Source: Candidatus Heimdallarchaeum aukensis (GTDB lineage: Archaea; Asgardarchaeota; Heimdallarchaeia; Heimdallarchaeales; Heimdallarchaeaceae). Taken from it: a DNA stretch of 64,000 nucleotides. Positions 1 to 10,342 of this stretch are shown here, in pieces (position 1 is the stretch's first letter; each line of letters opens with the position of its first letter). Made by a program: the position numbers and the translations under genes. Below the pieces are notes generated by a model that saw only the letters and a list, made by a program, of their open reading frames with translations, did not search any database and had not been told where the DNA came from. Location of the stretch: NCBI GenBank assembly GCA_021513695.1, contig CP084166.1, positions 352,001 to 416,000 of the forward strand, given 5' to 3'.

Positions 1-78
1 GTGAATATTGATGCTGGAGTAAGTGCTGGAGCTTTTGCTGCAAAGATTGCAAAAAGAGCAAGTAGGAAAAAAACTTAA
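1..78 (+). CDS. 3' end of an upstream CDS (C-terminal 25 codons, ...NIDAGVSAGAFAAKIAKRASRKKT*); product unknown
   Basis: Open frame running from the window edge to TAA at 76-78; no start in the window. Confidence 0.3.
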   Translation: MNIDAGVSAGAFAAKIAKRASRKKT

Positions 79-160
79 TGTTACAATAATTGTCTGTGAT
101 TAGTAGATCCTCTTTATTTTATTCAGATAAACTTAAATCCAATTTATTTTCTTTTTCATT

Positions 161-1717
161 ATGCCTTCATTGCGGACAGTAGAAGACAAGAACAATAAAA
201 ATCAACTAGACAAATCACGTTATTTTGATGTTATTATAACTGTAATTACAGCAATGCTAATTTTAGTCTTATCTTGTTATGTAAAAAACTTAATCAGTGA
301 AAAAATCAAATTTCTTAGTAAGACTTTTTACTATACTTATACAAATCAACAAGGAGATACTGTTACTTGGTATTTTGAAAGTTATGGTGATGCAAGTTAT
401 TATTATGAACCCTTCTTGCAAGCATTTCGCTTTGAAGGCTGGAATCCTTATAAAAGGTATGTAGGTTCAAAATTGGATTATTATATGTATGGACCAATTT
501 TTATCTATAGTAAGTACATAACCTCACTAATAATTGGATTGTTAAAACCTGATTTATCACAAATAGAACTAATTGAAGCTTCAATAAAGTGGTCAGCTAT
601 TATAATTGATTCTCTTTCTGTAATGATGATCTATATCGTAATAATAAATCTGAAATTCTTAAGAAAAAAACTTATAGTTAAACATGTTGTAGGTATTTCA
701 GCTTCTATTGTATTAATGCTAGCTCCTATAAATCTATACTATTCAGATACTTTATACCTAAACGGACCTCTAATGACTTTTTTTGCTTTAATAGGGATGC
801 TTTACTTTTTGAAAGAGAAATATACTCTCTCGGGCATTTTTCTTTCTTTTTCTTTCTTAAGTAAACAACTTTCTTTGTTTCTTGTTATTCAATTTTTCAT
901 ATTAATCTGGAAAAGTAAAGACCTAAAAACAGCTTTTACAAAATTTCTGAACCCATTTATGTTAACAAGCTTTCTTTTAAGTATTCCATGGTTATTTATC
1001 ACACCAATACTTTATATTGGGAGAATATTTGCAGCAGGACATCCACAGTTCTATCTAAATGAAGAATATAGTGTAGCTCAAACTTTAGCTAATTCTATAA
1101 CAAGTTTAGGATGTGAACTGTGCGCTCAAATATATTGGTACCTAAATTTTGTAATGTTACCCTTCCTTATTTTTTATGGAGGATGTCTAGTATTTGCCCA
1201 TTTTAATGCTCAAGAAATTATGAAAAATGAAGAAAATATTATTTTATATACAACTTGGTCTGTTCTCATACTACATACATTTATTTCTAGGGGGATTTAC
1301 AAGTATTATAATATCTATATTAATGTATTTTTAGTTCTTTCAATCATTGTTGTCTCTTATAGAATAATAAAATACATATTTAAGAGGGAAAAAGAATTCA
1401 GTGTAAAAGAAAAAATTATTCTTTCGTTTATTATATTTTTATGTTATATTCTTCTCACGAGCCTTTTTTGGGGAGAAAATTTACTAATTATGAAAACTCA
1501 AAGAGAAAGACATCCACTAATATTGTTATTAGTGACAATACTATTCTCTTTTAATTTCTCATTAAAAAATTATAGAAATCTCCTTATTAAGAAAAATTAC
1601 AAAGTTTTAGTTATAGATGTAAAAAGCTTCTTTATTTACATTTATTCATCAACAAAGATTAAAATCTCAAAAATGGGAAAAATAATTGATAAGATATTAA
1701 AAAAAGAAAGTGATTAA
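161..1717 (+). CDS. Polytopic integral membrane protein (about 12 predicted TM helices); possibly a GT-C-fold glycosyl/mannosyltransferase-like protein
   Basis: 518-aa ORF with many hydrophobic segments and an aromatic-rich first extracytoplasmic loop (YYYEPFLQAFRFEGWNPYKRY). I recognise no diagnostic catalytic motif, so the function is an inference. Confidence 0.3.
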   Translation: MPSLRTVEDKNNKNQLDKSRYFDVIITVITAMLILVLSCYVKNLISEKIKFLSKTFYYTYTNQQGDTVTWYFESYGDASYYYEPFLQAFRFEGWNPYKRYVGSKLDYYMYGPIFIYSKYITSLIIGLLKPDLSQIELIEASIKWSAIIIDSLSVMMIYIVIINLKFLRKKLIVKHVVGISASIVLMLAPINLYYSDTLYLNGPLMTFFALIGMLYFLKEKYTLSGIFLSFSFLSKQLSLFLVIQFFILIWKSKDLKTAFTKFLNPFMLTSFLLSIPWLFITPILYIGRIFAAGHPQFYLNEEYSVAQTLANSITSLGCELCAQIYWYLNFVMLPFLIFYGGCLVFAHFNAQEIMKNEENIILYTTWSVLILHTFISRGIYKYYNIYINVFLVLSIIVVSYRIIKYIFKREKEFSVKEKIILSFIIFLCYILLTSLFWGENLLIMKTQRERHPLILLLVTILFSFNFSLKNYRNLLIKKNYKVLVIDVKSFFIYIYSSTKIKISKMGKIIDKILKKESD

Positions 1718-2213
1718 TTTGCTATAATATTCTTCTTCAATCTTATAAAGGTCAAAAGGCTTTAATACTTATTTTACTTTCTTCCTTTGTCTTATTTTTC
1801 TTATAATTACTACTATTAGTAGAATTAAGTTTAAAACAAAAGCAATAGGAAAAGTGATAATAAATAAGAATACAGCACCACAACTCTCATTAGATGGACC
1901 AAACGAATCTTTCAAGATACTGTAAATCGCAGTGAGAGAAAAAAAAGCATCAATGCTTAGAAAAACCACTTTATTATTGTATAATAAATCGAATTTCCAC
2001 TACTTTCATTCTCATTAGTCATAATAATTAAAAAACTGGAGTTAGTTATATTTTTTTTCTAGCTAATTGCGTTTAGATTATTTTGAAAATGGTTTTTACA
2101 TCACATTTCTCTTTTTTTTCTGTCTTTCTTTTCTCATTTTTTCATTACCTAATCGGAAAAAAATAAATAGCTTTAATAGTAAATATTTTTGATTCTTTAT
2201 GAAATAGGGGGTA

Positions 2214-5200
2214 ATGATGAAAAAAAATGTCAAAGGATTTCACCAAAATAATTTTAGAAAAAAATATATGTTTCAAAGGATAAAGAGAATTCTTATTTTC
2301 AATATTTTCTTATTAATTCTATTATCACAATACTTATTTGTTTATTCTAGTTCAACTAGTTCACAGTCTAATAATTTTCAAGAACAAGAAATTCAAATTG
2401 AAAGAAGAATTATTAATAATAAAAATAATTTACAAGGACAAAAAAATTTTGAGTATATAATTAACGATGTAGAAGAAAAAATAGAAAGATTAACTCAGTC
2501 TTTAAATTCAAAGACAGAAAGAGTAATAACGAAGGCCAATCAGAAATTGGATAATCAAAAATTGTTCAATCCCTCCTTATCAATATTTGAACCTGAACCT
2601 TCTACTTTTCTATCCTACACTTCTCACTCTCCAATTGCAATAAATGGAAATGATGATTTTATTGCTCAAGCAATCTCTGAAGGGTGGGTAGGTAGCGGAA
2701 CAGAAAGTGATCCTTATATTATATCAGGATTGAATATTACGCCATCTGACACAGAGAAAGGAATTTCAGTTTATAACACAACTCTATTCTTTAATATTGA
2801 AAATTGTGTAATTACAGGAGGAACAGAAGGTATACATTTTAACCTTGTCTCGAATGCAAAAATAATTAATATATCAATTACAAATTCATTAGAAAATAGT
2901 ATTGGTCTTTATACTTCTTCAAAAATACTAATTGACAGTTGTTCAGTTTCTGGATCTAATGTAGGAATGAATATACAGTCATCGGAAGAGATAGAAATAA
3001 ATTCATGTAAAATATTTGATACTAATGACAATGGTGTTCAAATAGCTGAAAATTCAAGATACATAACTGGAATAGATAATGTTTTTCGAAATGTTCTTTT
3101 TGGATTTCATGTAATGCATAGGTGTTATAATATTACAATAACTGGAAACCAATTTTATGAAATGATATTTGATAATGCTGTTCTTTCTGATTGGGAAAGT
3201 TCATGGAATTTCACTATCTCAGAAAACATATTTTACAACAATTCTCTAATATCTATTTTTGATTATTCATACAATAACATAATCTTAAATAACACTTTCT
3301 ATGGAGGTTCATTATTTATTAGAGGAGATAATAATAAAGTATTCAATAATTTATTTATCGCCAACGGAGAAGTTTTTGGTCAAATAACCATTTGCGATGG
3401 AAGTTATAATGAAATTGAAGAAAACATAATGGAAGCAAATATTATTATCGCTAACTTAACAAATAGCGTTATTGAAAACAATATTATTAGCTCATTAGAA
3501 GCTTTTCGACATGGATTAAATATTGAAAGTTCAAGTTACATAACTGTAAAAAACAATACGATATATAACATTACCAAAGGAACTGGAATATGCATTTCAG
3601 AAAGCTTCAAAATAGAAATGATTGAAAACTCAATTGGTTTTTTAGGAACAGAAATTGATCAAAGAGAAGGTATCAACCTATATTTATCTTCTAATCTTTC
3701 GATTATTTATAATGAAATCTTTAATGCTACAAGAATGGGTATAGCTAGTTACAAAACTAATTCTACTACTATAGAAAGCAACTTTTTCTACAATATAAGT
3801 TTGTATGGTTTACACTTTCCTGCACCGAATTATAACATTATTATTCAAAACAACACTTTTGAAACTATGCTGGATCGGGCTATTGATATAGGAGGAACAA
3901 ATAGCATTATTCAAGATAATACAATAAGACATTGTTATTCTTCAGGAATATCGTTACCCTCTCTTTCATTTAGTAAGATAATAAACAATAATATTATAGA
4001 TATTGGAGGAAGTGCAATTTCCAGCTATTGGGGATGTCTGAATCTTGAAATCGCTAATAATTTTATTTCAAACTCGTCATATGGTCTTGGTTTATCAGAT
4101 TCTTTAGATCTAATAATTCAAAAAAATACAATAACAAATATTTTGGATGTATCCATTCATATTTCTTTCACTGGTGATTATCCAATAGATTCTTTCCATT
4201 CTGCCACAAATCAAATAATAATAAACAATAATGAACTTTCTTATTCTCGAGTGGGAATTTGTATAGGTGGCCGAAATATTGATTCTAACATTCTTAATTT
4301 ATTCATCTTTGGGAATACAATTAGTAATCATGCTGATAATGGAATACAATTGCACGAGTTTAGTGGATTATTTAACATATATGACAATTTTATTGACAAT
4401 TGTGGTTGGGCAGGAATTGAACTTTGGGGAGATGAAAATGGTATAGTAGAAAACAATTCCATTTACTATTGTGACAATACTGCAAGAGATACAAGAGCTA
4501 TACAATTAGATTTTTCTTACAATGTACAAATAACTGAAAATCACATTGAAAGTAATAATATAGGCATTTATATCTATGGAAGTAGAAATTCTTCGATTAC
4601 ACTGAATTCATTCATTTCCAATGCTAACGATGGAATAATAATAGATGAAAATAAAGATAGTATAACTGAAATAGTAGTTATGCATAATAACTTTATTAAT
4701 AACAATATTGGCGGAAAACAAGCTTCAGATTTCGGTTCAAATAATGTTTTCATCTTAAATTATTGGTCTGATCACACTAACACAGATGCTAATGGAGATG
4801 GAATAGCTGATGAACCTTATTATCTCGGAGGAAATACTGGAAATGCTGATAACTTTCCTTTAGTGGACTTGGTAACTGAACAATCACCTACACATGTTAT
4901 GACGATTCCTTCAATTATTTATCCAGTTTCAGGAATAACATTGTCAGGTGTAGAAGAAATAAAATGGAAAAAAGCTTATGATTCAATGGAACATGAAGTT
5001 TTTTATGATCTTTATTATTCAAAAGATGATGGAAATAGCTGGATAATGATTGCCAATACTATAAAAGGAAACTCATATAACTGGGATACAACTAGTGTCC
5101 CTGATGGCGATAACTATAAACTTAAGGTTGTAGCAGATGATAATCATGGATTAACTTCTGTAGCTATATCTAAAACTTTTAGAATCTTAAACACTCAAAA

Positions 5201-5321
5201 TTCAGATTCAACAGATACAAAACAAACAGTTGAAGTTTCAAGCTGGTCTATATTTATTTCTTTGTCAAGCTTTCTGTTTGTTATCTACACTTTACGAAAA
5301 AGATTATTCTTCAAAAGATAA
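2214..5321 (+). CDS. Large secreted surface protein with right-handed parallel beta-helix (PbH1/pectin-lyase-fold) repeats and a C-terminal TM anchor
   Basis: 1035 aa. N-terminal hydrophobic signal/anchor (ILIFNIFLLILLSQYLFVYSS). Dozens of about 22-residue repeats of the I-x-N-N-x-I / G-I-x-L type, typical of parallel beta-helix proteins. Many N-x-S/T sequons. C-terminal hydrophobic helix plus basic tail (WSIFISLSSFLFVIYTLRKRLFFKR). Confidence 0.6.
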   Translation: MMKKNVKGFHQNNFRKKYMFQRIKRILIFNIFLLILLSQYLFVYSSSTSSQSNNFQEQEIQIERRIINNKNNLQGQKNFEYIINDVEEKIERLTQSLNSKTERVITKANQKLDNQKLFNPSLSIFEPEPSTFLSYTSHSPIAINGNDDFIAQAISEGWVGSGTESDPYIISGLNITPSDTEKGISVYNTTLFFNIENCVITGGTEGIHFNLVSNAKIINISITNSLENSIGLYTSSKILIDSCSVSGSNVGMNIQSSEEIEINSCKIFDTNDNGVQIAENSRYITGIDNVFRNVLFGFHVMHRCYNITITGNQFYEMIFDNAVLSDWESSWNFTISENIFYNNSLISIFDYSYNNIILNNTFYGGSLFIRGDNNKVFNNLFIANGEVFGQITICDGSYNEIEENIMEANIIIANLTNSVIENNIISSLEAFRHGLNIESSSYITVKNNTIYNITKGTGICISESFKIEMIENSIGFLGTEIDQREGINLYLSSNLSIIYNEIFNATRMGIASYKTNSTTIESNFFYNISLYGLHFPAPNYNIIIQNNTFETMLDRAIDIGGTNSIIQDNTIRHCYSSGISLPSLSFSKIINNNIIDIGGSAISSYWGCLNLEIANNFISNSSYGLGLSDSLDLIIQKNTITNILDVSIHISFTGDYPIDSFHSATNQIIINNNELSYSRVGICIGGRNIDSNILNLFIFGNTISNHADNGIQLHEFSGLFNIYDNFIDNCGWAGIELWGDENGIVENNSIYYCDNTARDTRAIQLDFSYNVQITENHIESNNIGIYIYGSRNSSITLNSFISNANDGIIIDENKDSITEIVVMHNNFINNNIGGKQASDFGSNNVFILNYWSDHTNTDANGDGIADEPYYLGGNTGNADNFPLVDLVTEQSPTHVMTIPSIIYPVSGITLSGVEEIKWKKAYDSMEHEVFYDLYYSKDDGNSWIMIANTIKGNSYNWDTTSVPDGDNYKLKVVADDNHGLTSVAISKTFRILNTQNSDSTDTKQTVEVSSWSIFISLSSFLFVIYTLRKRLFFKR

Positions 5322-5350
5322 TTTTTAATCTTTATCCTTTTCTTTTTTTA
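5322..5350 (+). terminator. T-rich tract (archaeal-type oligo-T terminator candidate) after the beta-helix protein gene
   Basis: Run ttttaatctttatccttttctttttttat immediately 3' of the stop codon. Confidence 0.3.
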
Positions 5351-5443
5351 TATTCTGGCGAGAAAGGAGCACCTAGCACAATACTCAAAATTATTTTTTC
5401 TATACAAATCTGAATATTTTTTAAGTGTATTATTTTTCTTGAA

Positions 5444-6199
5444 ATGTTTATGTCGAAACTTATTCTAGAAACTGTCAATTTAACTCTTAAAATTGAAGAT
5501 AAGATAATATTTCAAAACATTAATTTAAAGATTGAAAAAGGTACAATTCACGCTTTGATTGGAGTAAATGGCTGTGGTAAGTCTTCTATTGCTAGTGTTC
5601 TTATGGGGTTGAAAAAGCCATCAAGTGGAGAAATACTTCTTGAGGGAGAAAGTATAGTTGATCTTTCAATAACTGAACGAGCGCAAAAAGGGTTAACACT
5701 AGCTTGGCAAGAACCAGTAAGGTTTGAAGGTCTTTCAGTTAAAGATTACTTATCCATTTCAAGAAAGACGAAGAATGAAAAATCTATTAAAGATGCTCTT
5801 GAATCTGTTGGGCTTATATCAGAGAAATACCTTGAACGGTTCGTTGATGATACTTTGTCTGGAGGAGAAAGAAAGAGAGTAGAACTTGCATCTATATTAC
5901 TTATGAAACCGAAAGTTGCTATTCTAGATGAAATTGATAGTGGAGTAGATTTCATTGGTATAGACAAAGTACTTGACACAATTAGAAAAATAGCTCAAAA
6001 TGGAAGCGTGCTTTTAATTACTCATCAAGATGAGTTTTTGAAAATAGCTGATAAGGCTACTTTGATTTGTAATGGAAATATCCTTAGAACAGGTGAACCT
6101 CAAGAAATTAGTAAATTTTACAGATATGAATGTACATATTGTGTAGATGAGAATAATCCTGATTTAGCTTTGGAGGAACTCTTAAATGTCAATAGATAG
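5444..6199 (+). CDS. sufC: Fe-S cluster assembly ATPase SufC (ABC-type ATPase)
   Basis: Walker A GVNGCGKSS, ABC signature LSGGERKRVE, Walker B ILDEIDSGVD, H-loop ITHQ. Length 251 aa. Overlaps the downstream sufB/D-like gene by 14 nt. Confidence 0.85.
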   Translation: MFMSKLILETVNLTLKIEDKIIFQNINLKIEKGTIHALIGVNGCGKSSIASVLMGLKKPSSGEILLEGESIVDLSITERAQKGLTLAWQEPVRFEGLSVKDYLSISRKTKNEKSIKDALESVGLISEKYLERFVDDTLSGGERKRVELASILLMKPKVAILDEIDSGVDFIGIDKVLDTIRKIAQNGSVLLITHQDEFLKIADKATLICNGNILRTGEPQEISKFYRYECTYCVDENNPDLALEELLNVNR

Positions 6200-7136
6200 A
6201 AAGAATGAATACGAAGCACTCCTTAAGCTATTAGAAAAAGGAGGAGGGAATGCTGAAGAAATCAAAAATAACATTGGAGCAAATATGATTCTTAATAAAG
6301 ATGAAGTTATTTCTGTCAATGAAACAGAGGGAATCAAGCTAAAAGCTACTAAAATACCTGATGGGGTTAAAGCTTCTATAATTATAAAAGAAGGATATAA
6401 AGAAACAAAACCTGTTCATCTTTGTTTTGGTATGTTACCTAAAGAAGGAAAACAAATAATTAAATCTGAAATTATAGCTGGAAAGAATTCTAAAGTTAAA
6501 ATTTTAAGTCATTGTATTTTTCCAAACGCTGTACATATTCAACACATCATGGAAGGAAAAATAATTTTGGAAGAGGGAGCAGAGTTAATTTATGAAGAAG
6601 AACATTATCATTCTGAAGAAGGATTAATAGAAGTTGTTCCTGTTCAAGAAGTTGTCGTAGAAAAAAATGCAAAATATTTCAATAATTTTAAAATGAAAAA
6701 CGGAAGAGCAGGGAAGATAAATATAGACTATCTAGTTACTCTGAAAGAAAAGGCAATTGCAGAACTTACAACAAAAATAGGCGCAAAATTCGATGATGAA
6801 ATAAAAATGAAAGAAAAAATAATATTAGAAGGAAAAGAATCTAGAGGATTAATACTTTCTCGAATTGTATTAAGAGATAATTCTACAAGTGAGTTTGTAG
6901 GTATAACTGTAGGAAAAGGTGCATATTCAAAAGCTCATGTTGATTGTAGTGAAATAGTAATGGATAATGCAAAAGCTTCTGCAATACCTGAAATACAAGC
7001 TTTTGATTCTACTGCCAAGCTAACACATGAGGCTGCAATTGGAAGAATTGATCAAAAACAATTATGCACTTTAATGGCAAAAGGATTAAGTGAGAAACAA
7101 GCAATAGAATATCTAGTAAATGGTTTACTAAATTAG
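6186..7136 (+). CDS. sufB: SufB/SufD-family Fe-S assembly scaffold protein (short archaeal form)
   Basis: C-terminal motif AAIGRIDQKQLCTLMAKGLSEKQAIEYLVNG matches the conserved SufB/SufD C-terminus (GRLDeeqlFYLmsRGl...). Translationally coupled to sufC. Confidence 0.7.
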   Translation: MSIDRKNEYEALLKLLEKGGGNAEEIKNNIGANMILNKDEVISVNETEGIKLKATKIPDGVKASIIIKEGYKETKPVHLCFGMLPKEGKQIIKSEIIAGKNSKVKILSHCIFPNAVHIQHIMEGKIILEEGAELIYEEEHYHSEEGLIEVVPVQEVVVEKNAKYFNNFKMKNGRAGKINIDYLVTLKEKAIAELTTKIGAKFDDEIKMKEKIILEGKESRGLILSRIVLRDNSTSEFVGITVGKGAYSKAHVDCSEIVMDNAKASAIPEIQAFDSTAKLTHEAAIGRIDQKQLCTLMAKGLSEKQAIEYLVNGLLN

Positions 7137-7270
7137 TAACTTATTATTTTAGATTTTTGAATATAATAAACTTAAAAACCATGATTCATAATTTAGCATA
7201 TCTTAAATGTTAATATTAAGTAACTCAAGATAAATTTTTAACTTCCATGGGTTCTTAATTTTGTAAAAAA

Positions 7271-9034
7271 ATGAAATGGCAATTTGACAATGATAACCTT
7301 TTGACTAAGTGGAGTAAAAATATCAATCCAAAGTTTCCTTTACCAGAGTATCCTCGTCCTAATTTCCAAAGAGAAAAATGGATAAACCTTAATGGATTAT
7401 GGGATTACGCTATAACAAAAAGAAATGACATCAGTACTTTCATAGATAAAGGTGAAATTCTTGTTCCTTTTCCAATAGAATCTGCTTTATCAGGAGTAAA
7501 ACGCACTTTAAATCCTTATGAAAATTTAATTTATGTAAGAGATTTTGAGATACCTTCCTCTTGGACTAATGGTAGAATAATTTTGCACTTTGGAGCTGTT
7601 GATTGGCAAGCAAGAGTATTTGTTAATTCGAATTATATTGGCGAGAATAAAGGTGGCTATATTCCTTTTAGTTTTGATGTAACAAAATTTGTTTGTATGA
7701 ATGATACTAACACTCTAGAGGTACATGTTTTTGATCCTACAAATAAGGGGAGACAAGAAAGAGGAAAACAAGTGTTAAAACCGTGGGCTGTATTCTATAC
7801 TGCTGTTTCAGGTATTTGGCAAACAGTATGGTTAGAATATGTGCCTGAAGTATATATAAAAAGCATGACTATAACCCCTAAAGTTGATTCTAATTCAGTA
7901 CTTATTACTAATTTCTGTACTAGTGCTAAGGTAACAGATTTTGAAATTCGTTATTCTATATTTTTCAAAGGAAAAAAAATTGAAGAAAGAACTAGCAAAA
8001 TTAATTCATCAGAAACTATTAAATTACCAAACATTCATCTGTGGTCTCCTAAGGAGCCAAATTTATATGATTTAGAAGTAGAATTAGTTAAGCGAAATGA
8101 AACTCTTGATAAAGTTAAGAGTTACTTTGGTGTAAGAAAAATCGAATATAAGAAAGATGAAAATGGACATTTAAGATTCTATCTTAATAATGAAAAAATA
8201 TTCATGTTCGGAGTTTTAGACCAAGGTTATTGGCCTGATGGTTTATATACAGCCCCAACAGATGAAGCTCTTTTATTTGACATTAAGAAAGCTAAAGAAC
8301 TAGGCTTTAATACTATAAGAAAGCACATCAAAGTTGAACCTCTCCGATGGTATTATCATTGTGATAGAGAAGGGATGTTAGTTTGGCAAGATTTTCCTAA
8401 TGGAGGTAGTTTATGGGCTGGGTTTCTAAGTATGTTTACTGGTAAAAAAATTAATTTTAAGTTTGGAAGGAAAAAAGAATCAATTAAATCTCAATTCTAT
8501 AAAGAATTAACTAATATTGTAAGAACTCTTTATAACTTTCCATCAATTGTCGTTTGGGTTCCATTTAATGAAGGTTGGGGGCAATTTGAAACACGAAAAG
8601 TGACAGATTATGTACGAACTTTAGATTTTACAAGATTAATAGATAGTGCTAGTGGATGGGTAGATAAAGGGAGTGGAGATATAGCAGATATTCACAAATA
8701 TTTAGGCCCTGGTATTCCAAAAAGAGACAAAAAAAGAGTATTAACTCTTGGTGAATTCGGAGGTCTAGGACTCGTTGTTGAAAATCATGTGTGGAAGAAT
8801 GTTAAACCATGGGCATATAAAATTATGAAAAATAAAGACGATTTGTTAAAAAAATATGAAGAAATTATTAATAAAACGTTAGAATTGACAAAAAAGGGTT
8901 TAAGTGCAGCAATTTATACCCAAATCACTGATGTAGAAAAAGAAGTTAATGGTTTACTTACTTATGACAGGTTACAAAAAGTTGAGACAGAAAAAATGAG
9001 AAAAATTAATGAAAAACTTTCCAATTTTTATTGA
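7271..9034 (+). CDS. Glycoside hydrolase family 2-like protein (beta-galactosidase/beta-mannosidase-type sugar-binding plus TIM-barrel domains)
   Basis: 587 aa. The N-terminal region (WDYAI...FPIESALSGV...NLIYVRDFEIP...GRIILHFGAVDWQARVFVNSNYIGENKGGYIPFSFDVT) matches the GH2 jelly-roll sugar-binding domain pattern. Family recognition is from memory, not a search. Confidence 0.6.
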   Translation: MKWQFDNDNLLTKWSKNINPKFPLPEYPRPNFQREKWINLNGLWDYAITKRNDISTFIDKGEILVPFPIESALSGVKRTLNPYENLIYVRDFEIPSSWTNGRIILHFGAVDWQARVFVNSNYIGENKGGYIPFSFDVTKFVCMNDTNTLEVHVFDPTNKGRQERGKQVLKPWAVFYTAVSGIWQTVWLEYVPEVYIKSMTITPKVDSNSVLITNFCTSAKVTDFEIRYSIFFKGKKIEERTSKINSSETIKLPNIHLWSPKEPNLYDLEVELVKRNETLDKVKSYFGVRKIEYKKDENGHLRFYLNNEKIFMFGVLDQGYWPDGLYTAPTDEALLFDIKKAKELGFNTIRKHIKVEPLRWYYHCDREGMLVWQDFPNGGSLWAGFLSMFTGKKINFKFGRKKESIKSQFYKELTNIVRTLYNFPSIVVWVPFNEGWGQFETRKVTDYVRTLDFTRLIDSASGWVDKGSGDIADIHKYLGPGIPKRDKKRVLTLGEFGGLGLVVENHVWKNVKPWAYKIMKNKDDLLKKYEEIINKTLELTKKGLSAAIYTQITDVEKEVNGLLTYDRLQKVETEKMRKINEKLSNFY

Positions 9035-9035
9035 T

Positions 9036-10292
9036 TCATTTGTTTTCTTCTTTTTTTTCATTTGCAAATAGTAAAGGAATAATGGCAGTTAAAACAAGTA
9101 TTCCTGCAACGATAAACATTAGTGGAGGAGGAATATAGCCTATTTGACCAAATTCATCAATAAAGGTTTTACCCGAAGTTTTTGCTATAGCACTTCCTAT
9201 AAAAGGTCCTATTCCCATTGCTGCAAGTACAGTGAATACAATATAATAGCCAGAAAATTGTCCTCTCTTATCTTCAGGATAGAGATCTCTTATCCAAGTT
9301 ACTGAAGAAATGTCCCACATTGCCATAGCAAACATCATTCCGACACCAGAAAGTCCCAGAAAAATTAACTTTTCTGATAATCCAAAGAAAATCAATGAAA
9401 TCGATTCTATAAAAACAGAAATTATTGCTATCTTCTTTCTTCCTATTTTGTCTACAATAAAACCGACAGGAATAGAAATGAGTATAGCAATTAAAATTGC
9501 TACAAATATTAAGAGAGACGATTCTTCTAAACCTAGTTCAAGATGTTTTTGCATGTAAATAATCAAGAATGGGAAAAAGACATTAAAAGCAATTCCCCAT
9601 AACATTGCAGCGCTTAAGGTGAGGAAAACATCTCTATTATTTCTTAATTCAGATATACTAAAAGTAGTTTTAATTGTTTCCCAATATTTTTTCTCTGGTT
9701 TTTTTATCTCTACTTCTGGTGCAATAATTGCTCCTATTATTCCTAATACACCCACAGAAGCTCCAATTATGTAAAAGAAATCATAATAACCTAAAGATTC
9801 TATAATAAAGCCTGAAGCCCCATAGACCACCAATGTAGCAAATAAAACAGTGAATTCCATTACTGCACTTATTCTTCCTCGATTTTTTAGTGTGGTTACA
9901 TCAGTAGCATAAGCTTTTAGTGCAGCATCATTTGACATGCTTCCAAAAAAAGTCATTATACAATCAAAAACAATTGCTAAACTAGCAGCTAAAATTACTG
10001 GACGAACAAGTCCTGCAAGAGGAAATATGGCAGTAGTTAAAGCCCAAAAGGGTAAACCAATAAGAAAGAAAATTTTTCTTTTACCAATTTTATCAGAAAG
10101 AGCCCCAAAAAAAATAGATGTAAAAGTTGCAGTAAGAGCACTAGCAGCAACCATTATTGAAATATATAATGGATCAGGAATGATAACATTATACAAAAAT
10201 ACATTGAAATATTGATTTTCAACTCCCCAAGCCAGTTCACCAGCGAAACTAAGTAAAGTTATAGCTATAGTTGTTTTAGCAGAAATTTTCAT
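9036..10292 (-). CDS. Major facilitator superfamily (MFS) transporter
   Basis: About 12 hydrophobic helices. MFS-like loop motifs (GALSDKIGKRK; GFIVDKIGRKK). The likely start is the internal Met (MKISAKTT) rather than the ORF-track start at 10316. Confidence 0.7.
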   Translation of the reverse strand: MKISAKTTIAITLLSFAGELAWGVENQYFNVFLYNVIIPDPLYISIMVAASALTATFTSIFFGALSDKIGKRKIFFLIGLPFWALTTAIFPLAGLVRPVILAASLAIVFDCIMTFFGSMSNDAALKAYATDVTTLKNRGRISAVMEFTVLFATLVVYGASGFIIESLGYYDFFYIIGASVGVLGIIGAIIAPEVEIKKPEKKYWETIKTTFSISELRNNRDVFLTLSAAMLWGIAFNVFFPFLIIYMQKHLELGLEESSLLIFVAILIAILISIPVGFIVDKIGRKKIAIISVFIESISLIFFGLSEKLIFLGLSGVGMMFAMAMWDISSVTWIRDLYPEDKRGQFSGYYIVFTVLAAMGIGPFIGSAIAKTSGKTFIDEFGQIGYIPPPLMFIVAGILVLTAIIPLLFANEKKEENK

Positions 10293-10342
10293 ATCAGAAA
10301 AAAAATAAAACAACAATTAAATTTTGTCACAAAAAAAGAGAT

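Noticed and set aside
1718-2213. Long AT-rich intergenic stretches (1718-2213, 32330-32552, 35995-36347, 60052-60350) as possible ncRNA or tRNA genes
   Set aside because: I saw no cloverleaf-compatible GC-rich stems or conserved tRNA boxes. The regions read as low-complexity A/T promoter and terminator sequence, apart from the palindrome at 36043-36063, which is reported separately.
5746-5979. Small antisense and overlapping ORFs throughout the track (for example 5746..5979, 9310..9558, 9937..10215, 11017..11214, 14203..14409, 14775..15194, 15959..16198, 18116..18319, 22547..22792, 23571..23822, 42016..42228, 43433..43651, 45487..46048, 46716..47149, 50129..50326, 61351..61539)
   Set aside because: Each is nested in or antisense to a longer ORF with clear homology or coherent membrane/coiled-coil character. 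None has a motif or conservation signal.
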